From NCBI GenBank assembly GCA_036918135.1, contig JBALDB010000018.1, positions 88,113 to 152,112 on the forward strand: a stretch of 64,000 nt of DNA. Reading direction: 5' to 3'. The notes under the pieces were generated by a model. The model had not been told where the DNA came from and searched no databases. It worked only from the letters and a program-made list of their open reading frames with translations. This document shows, one piece after another, positions 19,933-29,938 of this stretch. The translations under genes and the position numbers were made by a program. Each line of letters begins with the position of its first letter. The stretch's first letter is position 1. The DNA is from Nostoc sp. GTDB lineage: Bacteria; Cyanobacteriota; Cyanobacteriia; Cyanobacteriales; Nostocaceae.

Positions 19933-20733
19933 ATGGTTACAGTACGGCGTTGGTGGGATCGTAAAGGGTTACAAATCGGGCTGTTAGCTCTAGTAGCTGG
20001 TAGTGCTTGGATAGTGCGACAGACTCAAGGTGAATTGGTGCTTGAGACATACTATGCAATTACCCGTCCGTTGCAGATGTTACAGTCAGGGCCAACTCCA
20101 GAAGAACGTCTTAGAGATGCCCGGACATTAGAATTGCAGACTCGGATAGTAGATTTAGAAAGTGAAAATAAAAAGTTACAAAATTTATTGGGCTATGTCG
20201 AAAAAGAGCCACTAGCATCAAGACCAATACCAGCACGGGTAGTAGGACGTAGTGCTGACCAGTGGTGGCAACAAGTTACCTTGAATCGGGGTGCGAATTC
20301 TGGAATTCAGCAAGGCTACATAGTCAAAGCAGACGGCGGATTGGTAGGTCTAGTGGAAAGTGTAACTCCCAATACTAGCCGCGTCTTGTTAATCAGCGAC
20401 CTTAAGAGTCAAGTAGGTGTAACAATTAGCCGCACTGCTGCTAAAGGTGTTTTGCGAGGAGATTCCTCTGCCGAAGCTGTGCTGGAGTTTTATGAAAAAG
20501 TCCCAAATGTGAAAGTAGGAGATTTAGTTTCCACATCTACTTATAGTCAGAAATTTCCATCAGGCTTGGCAGTAGGACGAATCAAGTCGCTGAATTTAAA
20601 GAAACTTCCAGCTTCAGTGGCAAAAGTTGAGCTTTTTCCGCCAATACGCTTTCTAGATTGGGTAGCAGTCTATCCAAAGCTAGAAAACCAAGATTTAGAA
20701 AGCCAAAAATCGACCGATCAAAAGTCTAAGTAA
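19933..20733 (+). CDS. mreC: Rod shape protein MreC
   Basis: N-terminal TM helix, coiled coil and beta domain; follows mreB; start at MVTVRR after AAGGT. Confidence 0.92.
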   Translation: MVTVRRWWDRKGLQIGLLALVAGSAWIVRQTQGELVLETYYAITRPLQMLQSGPTPEERLRDARTLELQTRIVDLESENKKLQNLLGYVEKEPLASRPIPARVVGRSADQWWQQVTLNRGANSGIQQGYIVKADGGLVGLVESVTPNTSRVLLISDLKSQVGVTISRTAAKGVLRGDSSAEAVLEFYEKVPNVKVGDLVSTSTYSQKFPSGLAVGRIKSLNLKKLPASVAKVELFPPIRFLDWVAVYPKLENQDLESQKSTDQKSK

Positions 20734-20759
20734 ATTCTTCCTTGAAAATCTACAGAAAA

Positions 20760-21392
20760 ATGAAGATTCCTGCATTCGTTGGTAGCAGACAGAAAAAGCC
20801 AAAATCGTCAAAGCGAAAATCGAAAATCCAAATTCCACCGCTTTCTCGTTGGCATCCTACTGTACGTCAGTTGACAGCTTGGATGGTGACAGTTGGGTCT
20901 GTGCTGTTATGTTTACTGTTATTGCCAACCCGCCTCCCAGGTATGGAATTATTGGGAATTGGGCCAAACTGGCTGTTAATTTGGGTGGTAGCTTGGAGTG
21001 TGAAGCGCACAATGTTTACCGGAGCATTGGCAGGTATAGTTTTGGGGCTACTTCAAGATGGAATGACATCACCTCATCCTACTCATGCCCTGAGTTTAGG
21101 TATAGTAGGAGTTCTGACAGGTTTACTTCAGAAACAGCGGTTCATGGATGAAGATTTTATTTCTATTGCTGTAATTGTCTTTGGTATGGCAATTTTAGGA
21201 GAAACTATCTTTGGGTTGCAATTAACTTTTATGGGTGATGCCTACGGTGGGGAAAGTCTACGCCTTGCAGATATTTGGACATATTACCAACGTGTCGCTC
21301 TTGCTTCTGCAATTCTTAGTAGTCTCTGGGCACCTGTGGTCTATTATCCCCTAAATCTTTGGTGGCAGCGGATGAAATTATTGGAGCAATAG
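20760..21392 (+). CDS. mreD: Rod shape protein MreD
   Basis: Hydrophobic; PNWLLIWV and GLLQD motifs; third gene of the operon. Confidence 0.9.
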   Translation: MKIPAFVGSRQKKPKSSKRKSKIQIPPLSRWHPTVRQLTAWMVTVGSVLLCLLLLPTRLPGMELLGIGPNWLLIWVVAWSVKRTMFTGALAGIVLGLLQDGMTSPHPTHALSLGIVGVLTGLLQKQRFMDEDFISIAVIVFGMAILGETIFGLQLTFMGDAYGGESLRLADIWTYYQRVALASAILSSLWAPVVYYPLNLWWQRMKLLEQ

Positions 21393-21720
21393 TCAATTAG
21401 AGGGATGAGGTGAAGCAGATTTGTAGATTTGTAGCAACTGTTTTAAAAGTTAAAACGCACAGAGATTAATGGTGTGTTGTGCTACCCTATAAGGCATCCT
21501 ACAAAGTTAATATTTACATTTATAAATAATCTCTTAACCAGAGTTAGAGGCAAAAGAACAAGGGAGATAATGAATAATAACTCCGAACATTTTACAGCAG
21601 TTTGCAAGTAAATGAGGTACAAATGCAAGACTTAAAATTCATAACTCCACACTTAATACACTTTTTTGATTTCAACGCATATACATATCTTTTTTATATC
21701 TAATTTTAGCTCTTGCTAGC

Positions 21721-21860
21721 AAAAAAAAGGCGGGCTATGCCCACCATGCTTTGTTACACAACACAACAAATTACAGCAGAACTGAGAATTAGAATAGTCT
21801 CTAGACTTAGTTACCGAACCTAAATGGTTTACTTCACACCTCTTGAAATCTGCTGTAATA
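21721..21860 (-). ncRNA. Candidate structured small RNA with intrinsic terminator
   Basis: 11-bp perfect enclosing stem ATTACAGCAGA/TCTGCTGTAAT, then GGTGGGC-ATA-GCCCGCC plus U8; no annotated ORF ends there. Confidence 0.45.
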
Positions 21861-22131
21861 ACTAAAAATTTATTTACCACTACCTAATCACTCAGCAGTT
21901 ACAAATACAATAATACCTAGCACTACTGATTACTAAAAAACTTTATAATAACTCGTTGAGCCGTCAACACTTCACGTAAATATATCTAGATAATTAGAAT
22001 TTACTAAAGATGCAAGTTTGCTAACATTATCAGCACTAGTATTTAAACCTAAGTCATCAATATTTTACAACTTTACTAAGCTATAATTATTTTTATTTTA
22101 TAACCTTGATTAATAAATTGGACAGATAGTA

Positions 22132-23069
22132 TAGCAATCGAAGTATAGGTTAGGACGTTAAACGAATGGCTGTATCAACTCTGTCGCGAAAATTTTCGAT
22201 AGTACCAACTGATTTTCTGACTCGGTTTTTTATTGGAAATCAATAATGTTCAATATCGTTTAAATCAGGAGAGTATGGTGGTAAATACTCAAGTTCACAC
22301 CCAACAGATTCAATTAATTCACGAATTTTCTGAGATTTGTGGAAAGTGGCATTATCCAAAATAACTGTCTGTCCTGATTTGAGTTCAGGTAAAAGTTTTT
22401 CTTGAAGCCATTTCTCAAAAACTAATCGATTACACGAACCTTCAAAGGTTAATGGAGCAATTAACTCTCCTTGGCATAAAGCACTCATAATGCTTACTCT
22501 CAGATTTCTTCTTCCTCATTTTAAATCGTAAAATCTTTCTCCCTTGGGGTTCCATCCATAACCATAATCTTCTCTATTATCTATTCCTGATTCATCAACA
22601 TAAACTAGCTTTGAGCCTTCTTTTTTGCTGATTTTGGCTTGAAACTCCTGCCTTTCTTCTTCATCCCTTTCTCTATACCCGTAAGTTTTTTTCGGCTATA
22701 ACCAATTTTTTTTAAGGCTTTTCCGATAGTGCGAACGCTAATTCTTCTGGCCAAGTTTGTGCCATTTGTGCTTGAGTCTTACTACCATTTACTTGTACAA
22801 ACTGCTAAAATTTCTCTAAATCAGCAATTTTCTGATTATAACCTTGTTGATATCCTATTTTCGCCTGATAATCTCCTGACTCTTCTCTCTTCTTTAACCA
22901 AGTGTCTATTGTATTACGGCTAATTTGAAATATTTGACTGGCTTGAATTTTTCTCATCCCACTATCAATCGCATTAATCACCTTAGTTCTTAAATCGTAA
23001 CTATAAGATGCTGGCATTTTTTTCAAGTCATTTCTTTCTATTATGTCCTAACCTATACTTCGATTGCTA
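22132..23069 (-). mobile_element. IS630-family insertion sequence (ISY100-like), 938 bp
   Basis: Perfect 25-bp terminal inverted repeats TAGCAATCGAAGTATAGGTTAGGAC with TA on both flanks (22130-31 and 23070-71). Confidence 0.95.
22160..23017 (-). pseudogene. IS630 transposase pseudogene
   Basis: Fragments MPASYSYDLR..., YVDESG, ILDNATFH and LPPYSPDLNDIE; premature stops at 22805, 22516 and 22240 plus frameshifts. Confidence 0.88.
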
Positions 23070-23150
23070 TAATTTCGGTTAATTAAATTTATTATGTTTG
23101 AATTTGTTATAGATAAATCACTTAATTAAAAAATCGTGAATTATATAAAT

Positions 23151-23180
23151 TGTAGAGACGCAATTAATTACGTCTCTACA
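23151..23180. repeat. REP-like GTAG palindrome
   Basis: tgtagagacg-caattaatta-cgtctctaca inverted repeat. Confidence 0.7.
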
Positions 23181-23333
23181 TTACTTTTATTATTCAAGCT
23201 AATATCTTTTTTATCCTTGCTTAGGAAATAGAAAATGGTTTGAGCTTGAGTACTTAACGTTTCATGTTATTTTTGCAAAATAGGATACACCAGAGTTACC
23301 TTCTCTACGTTATTTTGCAAAAAAATATGAAAT

Positions 23334-23516
23334 TTAGTCAACTTTTTTCTTGATATTGTCTTTTACGTCTTCAATACCATGACGCACTTCGCTTTCTGCT
23401 TGCTTAGCTTTACCTTCAGCTTGATCTTTTGGATCTCCAGTAACGTTTCCTGCTACTTCTTGAGCTTTACCTTCAATATTTTTAGCAGCAGCTTTTGCAC
23501 GATCTTCTAGGCTCAT
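23334..23516 (-). CDS. CsbD-family stress protein
   Basis: MSLEDRAKAAAKNIEGKAQE..GNVTGD..QAEGKAKQ; AGGAG RBS upstream. Confidence 0.9.
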   Translation of the reverse strand: MSLEDRAKAAAKNIEGKAQEVAGNVTGDPKDQAEGKAKQAESEVRHGIEDVKDNIKKKVD

Positions 23517-23857
23517 TTGATACTCCTGATTATTCAATGAAAGTTTATCTCAAAGCTATAAACCAACTTTGAAATCTTTTGTTATTACTCTTACACATTA
23601 ACTTAAAGTTTTTGCTAAAGCCTTCCACCACAAGACATATTAAAAAATTAGATATGATGAATTTATAATTCAAAATTCAGAAAATTAATTGTAGTAAGCA
23701 TCCTGGCTATTAAGTAGCTTAAAATTTAAGTACAAAAAGCTTAGTTACCTATGCTAAAAGACATAGGACAAAAACAAATATCTTTGGATTGTTGAGACTA
23801 AAAAACCCAATTCCATAGAAAAACTGGGTTAATAAAGTTATAGAAATATTTTTTTGT

Positions 23858-24325
23858 CTAATCTAGAAAACCCATGAGGTTTGTAGAATCATCAATATCA
23901 TTTGATGCTACTGGACGGTTACCGAATACTGAATAGCTTTGAGCTACTACTAGCGAACTTGAGCTAACTGGACGAATACCAGAAAGGTTAATATTTTCAA
24001 CGACTTGAATGTGATTTGCACCTATTGGACGAATACCCATTGCGTTATAAGTTTCAACAACTTCTAACTTACCAGTGCTAACAGGACGCACCCCACTAAC
24101 TGAAAGTTTTTCAGTTACTTCCAAGTCGCTACTACCTATGGGACGAACTCCAGTAATGGCCAATGTTCCAGTAGTTTCCGGCGCTGAGATTTCACTAACC
24201 AGATCGACTCGATCTCCATTTAAGCTTTGTGCTTGGTGATTTTCAACTTCCACTATAGTTTCCCCTTTCAGCTTTGCATAGTTTTGCCGAGAACCGATTG
24301 TTTTGGAAGTGTTACTAATAGCCAT
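23858..24325 (-). CDS. Hypothetical protein with five 19-aa GxRP[IV] repeats
   Basis: 155 aa from ATG 24325 with AGAGGT RBS; GVRPI, GVRPV, GIRPI, GIRPV and GNRPV at a 19-residue period. Confidence 0.8.
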   Translation of the reverse strand: MAISNTSKTIGSRQNYAKLKGETIVEVENHQAQSLNGDRVDLVSEISAPETTGTLAITGVRPIGSSDLEVTEKLSVSGVRPVSTGKLEVVETYNAMGIRPIGANHIQVVENINLSGIRPVSSSSLVVAQSYSVFGNRPVASNDIDDSTNLMGFLD

Positions 24326-24574
24326 AACCGAATACCTCTTGTTTGTTAATTGAATTTTACAATACTTAAGGAAAGATAAATTTTTTCCTATATATGAGAG
24401 TTTAACCTTAAAAAACCTCATATAGATATAAGTATCTTTAAAACTGATACATAAGTAAATTAAAATAGTAAACTTTTGTAAAGTAATATTGCGATTAAAT
24501 GGCTTGATTACCCAGCTACAATAGATAGAGGGTGAAATCGTTACCATCAGACAGGGTATTTCCAGCAAAACTGT

Positions 24575-26572
24575 ATGACAGAATTTTGTCTTCAAGCTCC
24601 CTTTAGTCCGACAGGCGATCAACCGCAAGCGATCGCCCAACTGTGTGCTAGTATCCAAGCTGGCAATCATTACCAAACTTTACTAGGTGCTACGGGAACA
24701 GGCAAGACATTTTCAGTAGCAGCAACGATTGAGAAAATTGGCAAGCCTACTTTAGTCCTAGCGCATAACAAAACTTTAGCTGCACAACTTTGTAACGAAC
24801 TACGAGAGTTCTTTCCCAACAACGCCGTTGAGTATTTCGTCAGCTACTACGATTACTATCAGCCAGAAGCATATATTCCCGTTACCGATACTTATATTGA
24901 AAAAACGGCGGCAATTAATGATGAAATAGACATGTTACGGCATTCAGCAACGCGATCGCTTTTTGAACGCCGTGATGTCATCGTTGTTGCTTCCATCAGT
25001 TGTATCTATGGTTTAGGAATACCATCAGAATATCTCAAAGCTGCCATCCCCCTCCAGATAGGTATGGAAGTCAATCAACGTCAAATTTTACGGGATTTGA
25101 CAAATGTGCAATATAGCCGCAACGATATAGAAATGGGTCGGGGAAAATTTCGCGTCCGGGGTGATGTTTTAGAAATTGGCCCAGCTTATGAAGACCGAAT
25201 TATTCGCGTCGAATTTTTTGGTGATGAAATAGATGCGATTCGTTATATTGACCCTGTGACGGGTGAAATTCTCAAAAGTTTAGAAGCCGTAAACGTTTAT
25301 CCTGCACGTCACTTTGTCACCCCAGAAGAACGGTTAGAAATAGCTTGTCAAGACATCGCCGCCGAATTAAAACAGCAAAAAGCCGACTTAGAACAAGCCG
25401 GAAAATTATTAGAAGCGCAACGCATAGATCAGCGGACGCGTTACGATTTAGAAATGCTGCACGAAGTTGGTTATTGTAATGGTGTCGAGAACTATTCCCG
25501 TCATTTAGCAGGAAGACAAGCTGGAGAACCACCAGAATGTTTAATTGATTATTTCCCTAAAGATTGGCTATTAGTTATCGATGAATCTCACGTGACTGTG
25601 CCTCAAATTCGCGGCATGTATAACGGCGACCAAGCAAGAAAAAAAGTTTTAATCGAACATGGATTTAGGCTTCCTAGCGCTGCTGATAACCGTCCTTTGA
25701 AAGCAGAAGAATTCTGGCAAAAAGTAAACCAGTGTATTTTTGTTTCCGCAACTCCAGGAAATTGGGAATTAGAAGTTTCAGAAGGTCATATAGTAGAACA
25801 AGTAATTCGACCAACTGGAGTAATCGATCCAGAAATTTCTGTACGTCCAACAGAAGGACAAATTGATGATTTACTAGGAGAAATTAAAGATAGAATTGAC
25901 CGCCACGAACGAGTGCTAATTACCACATTAACTAAGCGGATGGCGGAAGATTTAACCGAATATTTAGAAGACCACAGTATTCGAGTCCGGTATTTACATT
26001 CTGAGATTAATTCAATTGAGCGAATAGAGATTTTGCAGAACTTACGCGAAGGTAACTTTGATGTCTTGGTGGGAGTAAACTTGCTGCGGGAAGGTTTGGA
26101 TTTACCCGAAGTTTCCTTAGTAGTAATTATGGACGCAGACAAAGAAGGTTTCTTGCGAGCTGAACGTTCCTTAATTCAAACTATTGGTAGAGCCGCGCGT
26201 CACGTCCAGGGACAAGCAATTTTGTATGCTGATAATCTTACCGATAGTATGATTAAAGCCATTGATGAAACAGACAGACGGCGCGGGATTCAAATGGCAT
26301 ACAATCAAATCCACGGAATTACACCGCAACCAATTGTCAAAAAATCAAGTAATGCAATTTTGTCATTTTTAGACGTATCTCGGCGGTTGAATGCAACTGA
26401 TTTAAAAGTTGTAGATGAACATCTAGACGAACTACCTTTAGAACAGATTCCAGAATTGATTACTTTGTTAGAAACACAGATGAAAGAAGCGGCGAAAAAA
26501 TTGGAATTTGAAGAAGCCGCCAAATTGCGCGATCGCATTAAACATCTGCGGGATAAAATGCTAGGACGTTAA
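24575..26572 (+). CDS. uvrB: Excinuclease ABC subunit B
   Basis: [22 protein letters not shown] and a C-terminal UVR coil. Confidence 0.98.
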   Translation: MTEFCLQAPFSPTGDQPQAIAQLCASIQAGNHYQTLLGATGTGKTFSVAATIEKIGKPTLVLAHNKTLAAQLCNELREFFPNNAVEYFVSYYDYYQPEAYIPVTDTYIEKTAAINDEIDMLRHSATRSLFERRDVIVVASISCIYGLGIPSEYLKAAIPLQIGMEVNQRQILRDLTNVQYSRNDIEMGRGKFRVRGDVLEIGPAYEDRIIRVEFFGDEIDAIRYIDPVTGEILKSLEAVNVYPARHFVTPEERLEIACQDIAAELKQQKADLEQAGKLLEAQRIDQRTRYDLEMLHEVGYCNGVENYSRHLAGRQAGEPPECLIDYFPKDWLLVIDESHVTVPQIRGMYNGDQARKKVLIEHGFRLPSAADNRPLKAEEFWQKVNQCIFVSATPGNWELEVSEGHIVEQVIRPTGVIDPEISVRPTEGQIDDLLGEIKDRIDRHERVLITTLTKRMAEDLTEYLEDHSIRVRYLHSEINSIERIEILQNLREGNFDVLVGVNLLREGLDLPEVSLVVIMDADKEGFLRAERSLIQTIGRAARHVQGQAILYADNLTDSMIKAIDETDRRRGIQMAYNQIHGITPQPIVKKSSNAILSFLDVSRRLNATDLKVVDEHLDELPLEQIPELITLLETQMKEAAKKLEFEEAAKLRDRIKHLRDKMLGR

Positions 26573-26582
26573 CGTAAATCTT

Positions 26583-27143
26583 ATGCTGACCAATATTCGC
26601 CTAATTAGTGTTCAAGAATATCACCAAATGGCGGAAATGGGGATTTTTCATCCTGAAGAACGCTTAGAATTAATAGCGGGACAAATTATCAGAATCTCAG
26701 CAAAAGGAACTGCTCACGAATCAGCAATTACCCGCACAGAAAGATTATTACGTCAACGTTTAGGCGACAAAGTTTTATTAAGAATCCAGTCACCAGTGCA
26801 ACTTGACGATTACTCGGAACCAGAACCAGATATTTCAGTGGTGAAGCCCAATCCATTAGATTATGACGATCGCCATCCCAATGCTTCAGAAGTGTTTTTA
26901 CTGATTGAAATAGCTGATTCCAGTCTCAAATACGATCGAGAAGTAAAAGCAATCGCTTATGCTAAGTCAGGTATTATTGAGTACTGGATTTTAGATGTTA
27001 GTGGACGTAAGTTATATATGTATCGTCTCCCTAGTCCAGACGGATATCATAGTGAAAGCATATTTGCAGAGGATGTGACAATTTCACCTTTAGCTTTTGG
27101 TGATTGTGCAATCAGAATTCGGGAATTATTGCGAAAAATCTGA
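26583..27143 (+). CDS. Uma2-family PD-(D/E)xK protein
   Basis: SEPEPD, LLIEIADSS and GIIEYWI motifs. Confidence 0.9.
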   Translation: MLTNIRLISVQEYHQMAEMGIFHPEERLELIAGQIIRISAKGTAHESAITRTERLLRQRLGDKVLLRIQSPVQLDDYSEPEPDISVVKPNPLDYDDRHPNASEVFLLIEIADSSLKYDREVKAIAYAKSGIIEYWILDVSGRKLYMYRLPSPDGYHSESIFAEDVTISPLAFGDCAIRIRELLRKI

Positions 27144-27269
27144 GAGGTGATCGCCAGGAAGCATCTGCTAGATAAAATGCTGGGACATTTGTACTTGGTC
27201 AGGATAGCAATAAAAAAATGCCCTTTTTTCGCTATCCTAAATAAAGTAAATTATTCCCCGATCGCGCTG

Positions 27270-27881
27270 ATGGTTGCTTTACCCGATCGCATTTTGATGA
27301 GTGCAGAAGAATATCTAGTTTGGGAAGCCACTCAAGAGGAACGCTATGAATATTGGGATGGCGAAGTTGTAGCGATGAGTGGTGGTACTCGCAACCATAA
27401 TCGGGTTTGTGCAAATTTTTTTAAGGTTGTAGATGATGCCTTAGCCGATCGCTCTTGTGAAGTATACATTGTAGATGTGAAAGCGCAGGTAGAATCAGCA
27501 CAAAAGTATTTTTATCCAAATGTCGTGGTGACTTGCGACGAGCGCGATACCAATCCACAATTAATACAATTTCCCTGTTTAATTATCGAAGTGCTATCAC
27601 CTTCAACAGAAGCAGTTGATAGAGGCAAAAAGTTTGCCAAATATCGCCAATCTCCAACCTTGCAAGAATATGTCTTAGTACAAGTAGAGCAACCCAGTGT
27701 GGAAGTGTTTCGGCGCAACGAACAAGGAAAATGGGTGCTGTCAGAGTATAATTTCGATGAAATATTGCGCTTGGAATCGGTGGATGTGGAAATAGCGATC
27801 GCCGATTTGTATCGCCAAGTGCAGTTTGAAACTGAAGCCACTGATAATTCTGTTCGGGTGCAACCGGAAAGTTTTCTATAA
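27270..27881 (+). CDS. Uma2-family protein (PD motif reads PN)
   Basis: MSGGT..H, IIEVLSPST and LQEYVLV motifs; start moved to MVALPD. Confidence 0.88.
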   Translation: MVALPDRILMSAEEYLVWEATQEERYEYWDGEVVAMSGGTRNHNRVCANFFKVVDDALADRSCEVYIVDVKAQVESAQKYFYPNVVVTCDERDTNPQLIQFPCLIIEVLSPSTEAVDRGKKFAKYRQSPTLQEYVLVQVEQPSVEVFRRNEQGKWVLSEYNFDEILRLESVDVEIAIADLYRQVQFETEATDNSVRVQPESFL

Positions 27882-27935
27882 GAGGCGATCGCTACAAAGC
27901 ATTTGCGCGAAAAAGTTCTGGAACCTTAAACCTAA

Positions 27936-28556
27936 TTAGCGTACCACTAACTTATTTTGTGAAGCAGCTTCCTGAATGACATAGTTGTTGCTTGTAAAGA
28001 CCTGAATACCCGGAACAACACTATAATCAATGTCATCTGTAATGATTTGAATTTGTCCTGCTCCTGCTCTACTAATCGCTTCTAGGAGCAGTAGGTCATA
28101 GCCGTCAACAGCTTGAGTTTTGAATCGGTTGATCGCTGCATCAGTTGTTGCATCATCTACTGTTAGATCAATAGGAACAGCGATCGCTTTAACCCGACGC
28201 CAAGTAAACTGAACTTCAGCAACGACATTCGCCCGTTCTATTGGGTCATTATGCTGATATTCTTTGATTGGTAGCCGCCCATAAGATTGGATATAAATCT
28301 CATATTCGGTTTTCTCAATGATATGAGTAAGCTCTGCTAAAGTAAGCCCTGAGTAGGTTAGAGTAGCTCCGTTTGAAAGTGCTTGGTTGAGATAGTTAGG
28401 ATAATCGTTGAGTTGGTAAGATTTAGCGCTAAACCCAGCATTTACATAAGCGTACCAAAACCAGACGTTTGTATCTACAAAGAAAATATCACCTTGTTGT
28501 GAAGTATCAGTTCTGATGTTGATGATATCAGCTTGGATCTTAAGGTTAATCGCCAT
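27936..28556 (-). CDS. PIN-domain nuclease
   Basis: FFVDTNVW, LAE, DGYD and ITDDIDY supply the acidic PIN active-site residues. Confidence 0.82.
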   Translation of the reverse strand: MAINLKIQADIINIRTDTSQQGDIFFVDTNVWFWYAYVNAGFSAKSYQLNDYPNYLNQALSNGATLTYSGLTLAELTHIIEKTEYEIYIQSYGRLPIKEYQHNDPIERANVVAEVQFTWRRVKAIAVPIDLTVDDATTDAAINRFKTQAVDGYDLLLLEAISRAGAGQIQIITDDIDYSVVPGIQVFTSNNYVIQEAASQNKLVVR

Positions 28557-28559
28557 ACC

Positions 28560-28907
28560 TCAAGGAGTTACAGCTATATTTGCGATCGCTGTATCCACAG
28601 CAGTACGATATTTTTCATCAGAGTAATATCGTTTGGCATTAGCCATTACATGTTCCAGAACATCATACCCATCAGCGTTGAGAGAAGTGAATTCAACTAG
28701 CTGATTCAGTTTGTCTGCTGGAATGTCCTTCAACAATTGACCAAAGGCGAAGTTCACGAATGGAGACGCAAAAACTTTCACGCCTGTGAAATCCAACTCT
28801 ACAGGTTCGCCAGCTAGCAAAAGTGGATGAATCTGGTCATATAGTTTCTGTCCACCATCAGCAGTGATGGCGTATTCTCCAACAATATCGTAAATTTTGT
28901 ATACCAT
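28560..28907 (-). CDS. STAS-like (DUF4325) protein
   Basis: 115 aa; GQKLY...VELDFTGVKVFASPFVNFAFG. Confidence 0.82.
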   Translation of the reverse strand: MVYKIYDIVGEYAITADGGQKLYDQIHPLLLAGEPVELDFTGVKVFASPFVNFAFGQLLKDIPADKLNQLVEFTSLNADGYDVLEHVMANAKRYYSDEKYRTAVDTAIANIAVTP

Positions 28908-28925
28908 TTCTCCATCTCCCGCTCT

Positions 28926-29840
28926 CTAGAATATTTGCTTCCTGAGTTGAGGAACTTCAGAAGCTAGACAGTAGTAGGACTCATCACATCGAAGGGCAAT
29001 ATTAACTAGCGTCCCCGAAAAACTAGTACATTTGTTTTCATGTATGATTCCATTATCCCCTATAGTGACATACCCGTCATTACTAAAAATCATTAAATTT
29101 CCATGATTTTTCTTGACAAATTCTTGTAGTAAATGTAGACCTTCACCCTGTCGAACACCATTCTGCTTTGTACTATTTCCCGGCTGGAATGCCCACTCTA
29201 GAGCCTCAGTAGCAGTCATGGTTGAGTTTTCAGGTAAAGTGCGAACTCTATTAGGGATACCAATACCAAAGTCGATAACCGTTAACTGGAGCATACCTGC
29301 TTCAGGATAGTTTTGACCGCAGCTAAATACGCCTATTGCAGGCTGGCTATGCTCAAAGGCATTGAGATATATTTCTACGACTTTTCCTGTAATTGCTTCT
29401 TGTAATCTAGGACTGATATTGACCCAACCTTTGCCTAGCCACTTGTATTGCAGGTAGTCAGCTATAGCTATAGGGTCATGCTGGCGATCGCTCTTAAAAG
29501 GGATAGAGTTACCATCCCAAGGTTCCCAATTGTAGCCAAAATCGCATAAAAAACCATTTTGAGCCAAGTTAGTACGAATTTTTTTATCGGTAAGTGTATT
29601 CCAGTCGAAAGTCACATTACCACCATGAGCTTCAAGCAGGCGAACCATTCCCCCTAGAAACGCAACACCGATATGTCCTAGAAATTCGCAATAATTAAAA
29701 TTAACTGTAACTTTTAAGTCGTTTTTAGGAAGTTGCGTAATGTCATACCAATCTCTAAAAAGTCTATCAACATAACGAGGATGGTCGTAGATTGTACGTA
29801 CATAGAGAATTGGGGGCTGAGTCTTGGTAAGTAAAAGCAA
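28926..29840 (-). CDS. GHKL/HATPase_c protein lacking an H-box, with a STAS-like N-terminus
   Basis: EIYLNAFEHS (N box), IDFGIGIP (G1) and GEGL (G2); VNFNYCEFL in the N-terminal part. Confidence 0.82.
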   Translation of the reverse strand: MLLLTKTQPPILYVRTIYDHPRYVDRLFRDWYDITQLPKNDLKVTVNFNYCEFLGHIGVAFLGGMVRLLEAHGGNVTFDWNTLTDKKIRTNLAQNGFLCDFGYNWEPWDGNSIPFKSDRQHDPIAIADYLQYKWLGKGWVNISPRLQEAITGKVVEIYLNAFEHSQPAIGVFSCGQNYPEAGMLQLTVIDFGIGIPNRVRTLPENSTMTATEALEWAFQPGNSTKQNGVRQGEGLHLLQEFVKKNHGNLMIFSNDGYVTIGDNGIIHENKCTSFSGTLVNIALRCDESYYCLASEVPQLRKQIF

Positions 29841-29938
29841 GGCAACTCCAAATAATATTTATTCTCTATAATTGTGAGTAATTTATATAAATAATACTCC
29901 AAGCTTAAGAAGGCATCCTCTAGAATACTAATAGTTGA

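Noticed and set aside
24326..24676. Long N-terminal extension of the repeat protein overlapping uvrB
   Set aside because: AT-rich promoter-like DNA; an RBS precedes ATG 24325.
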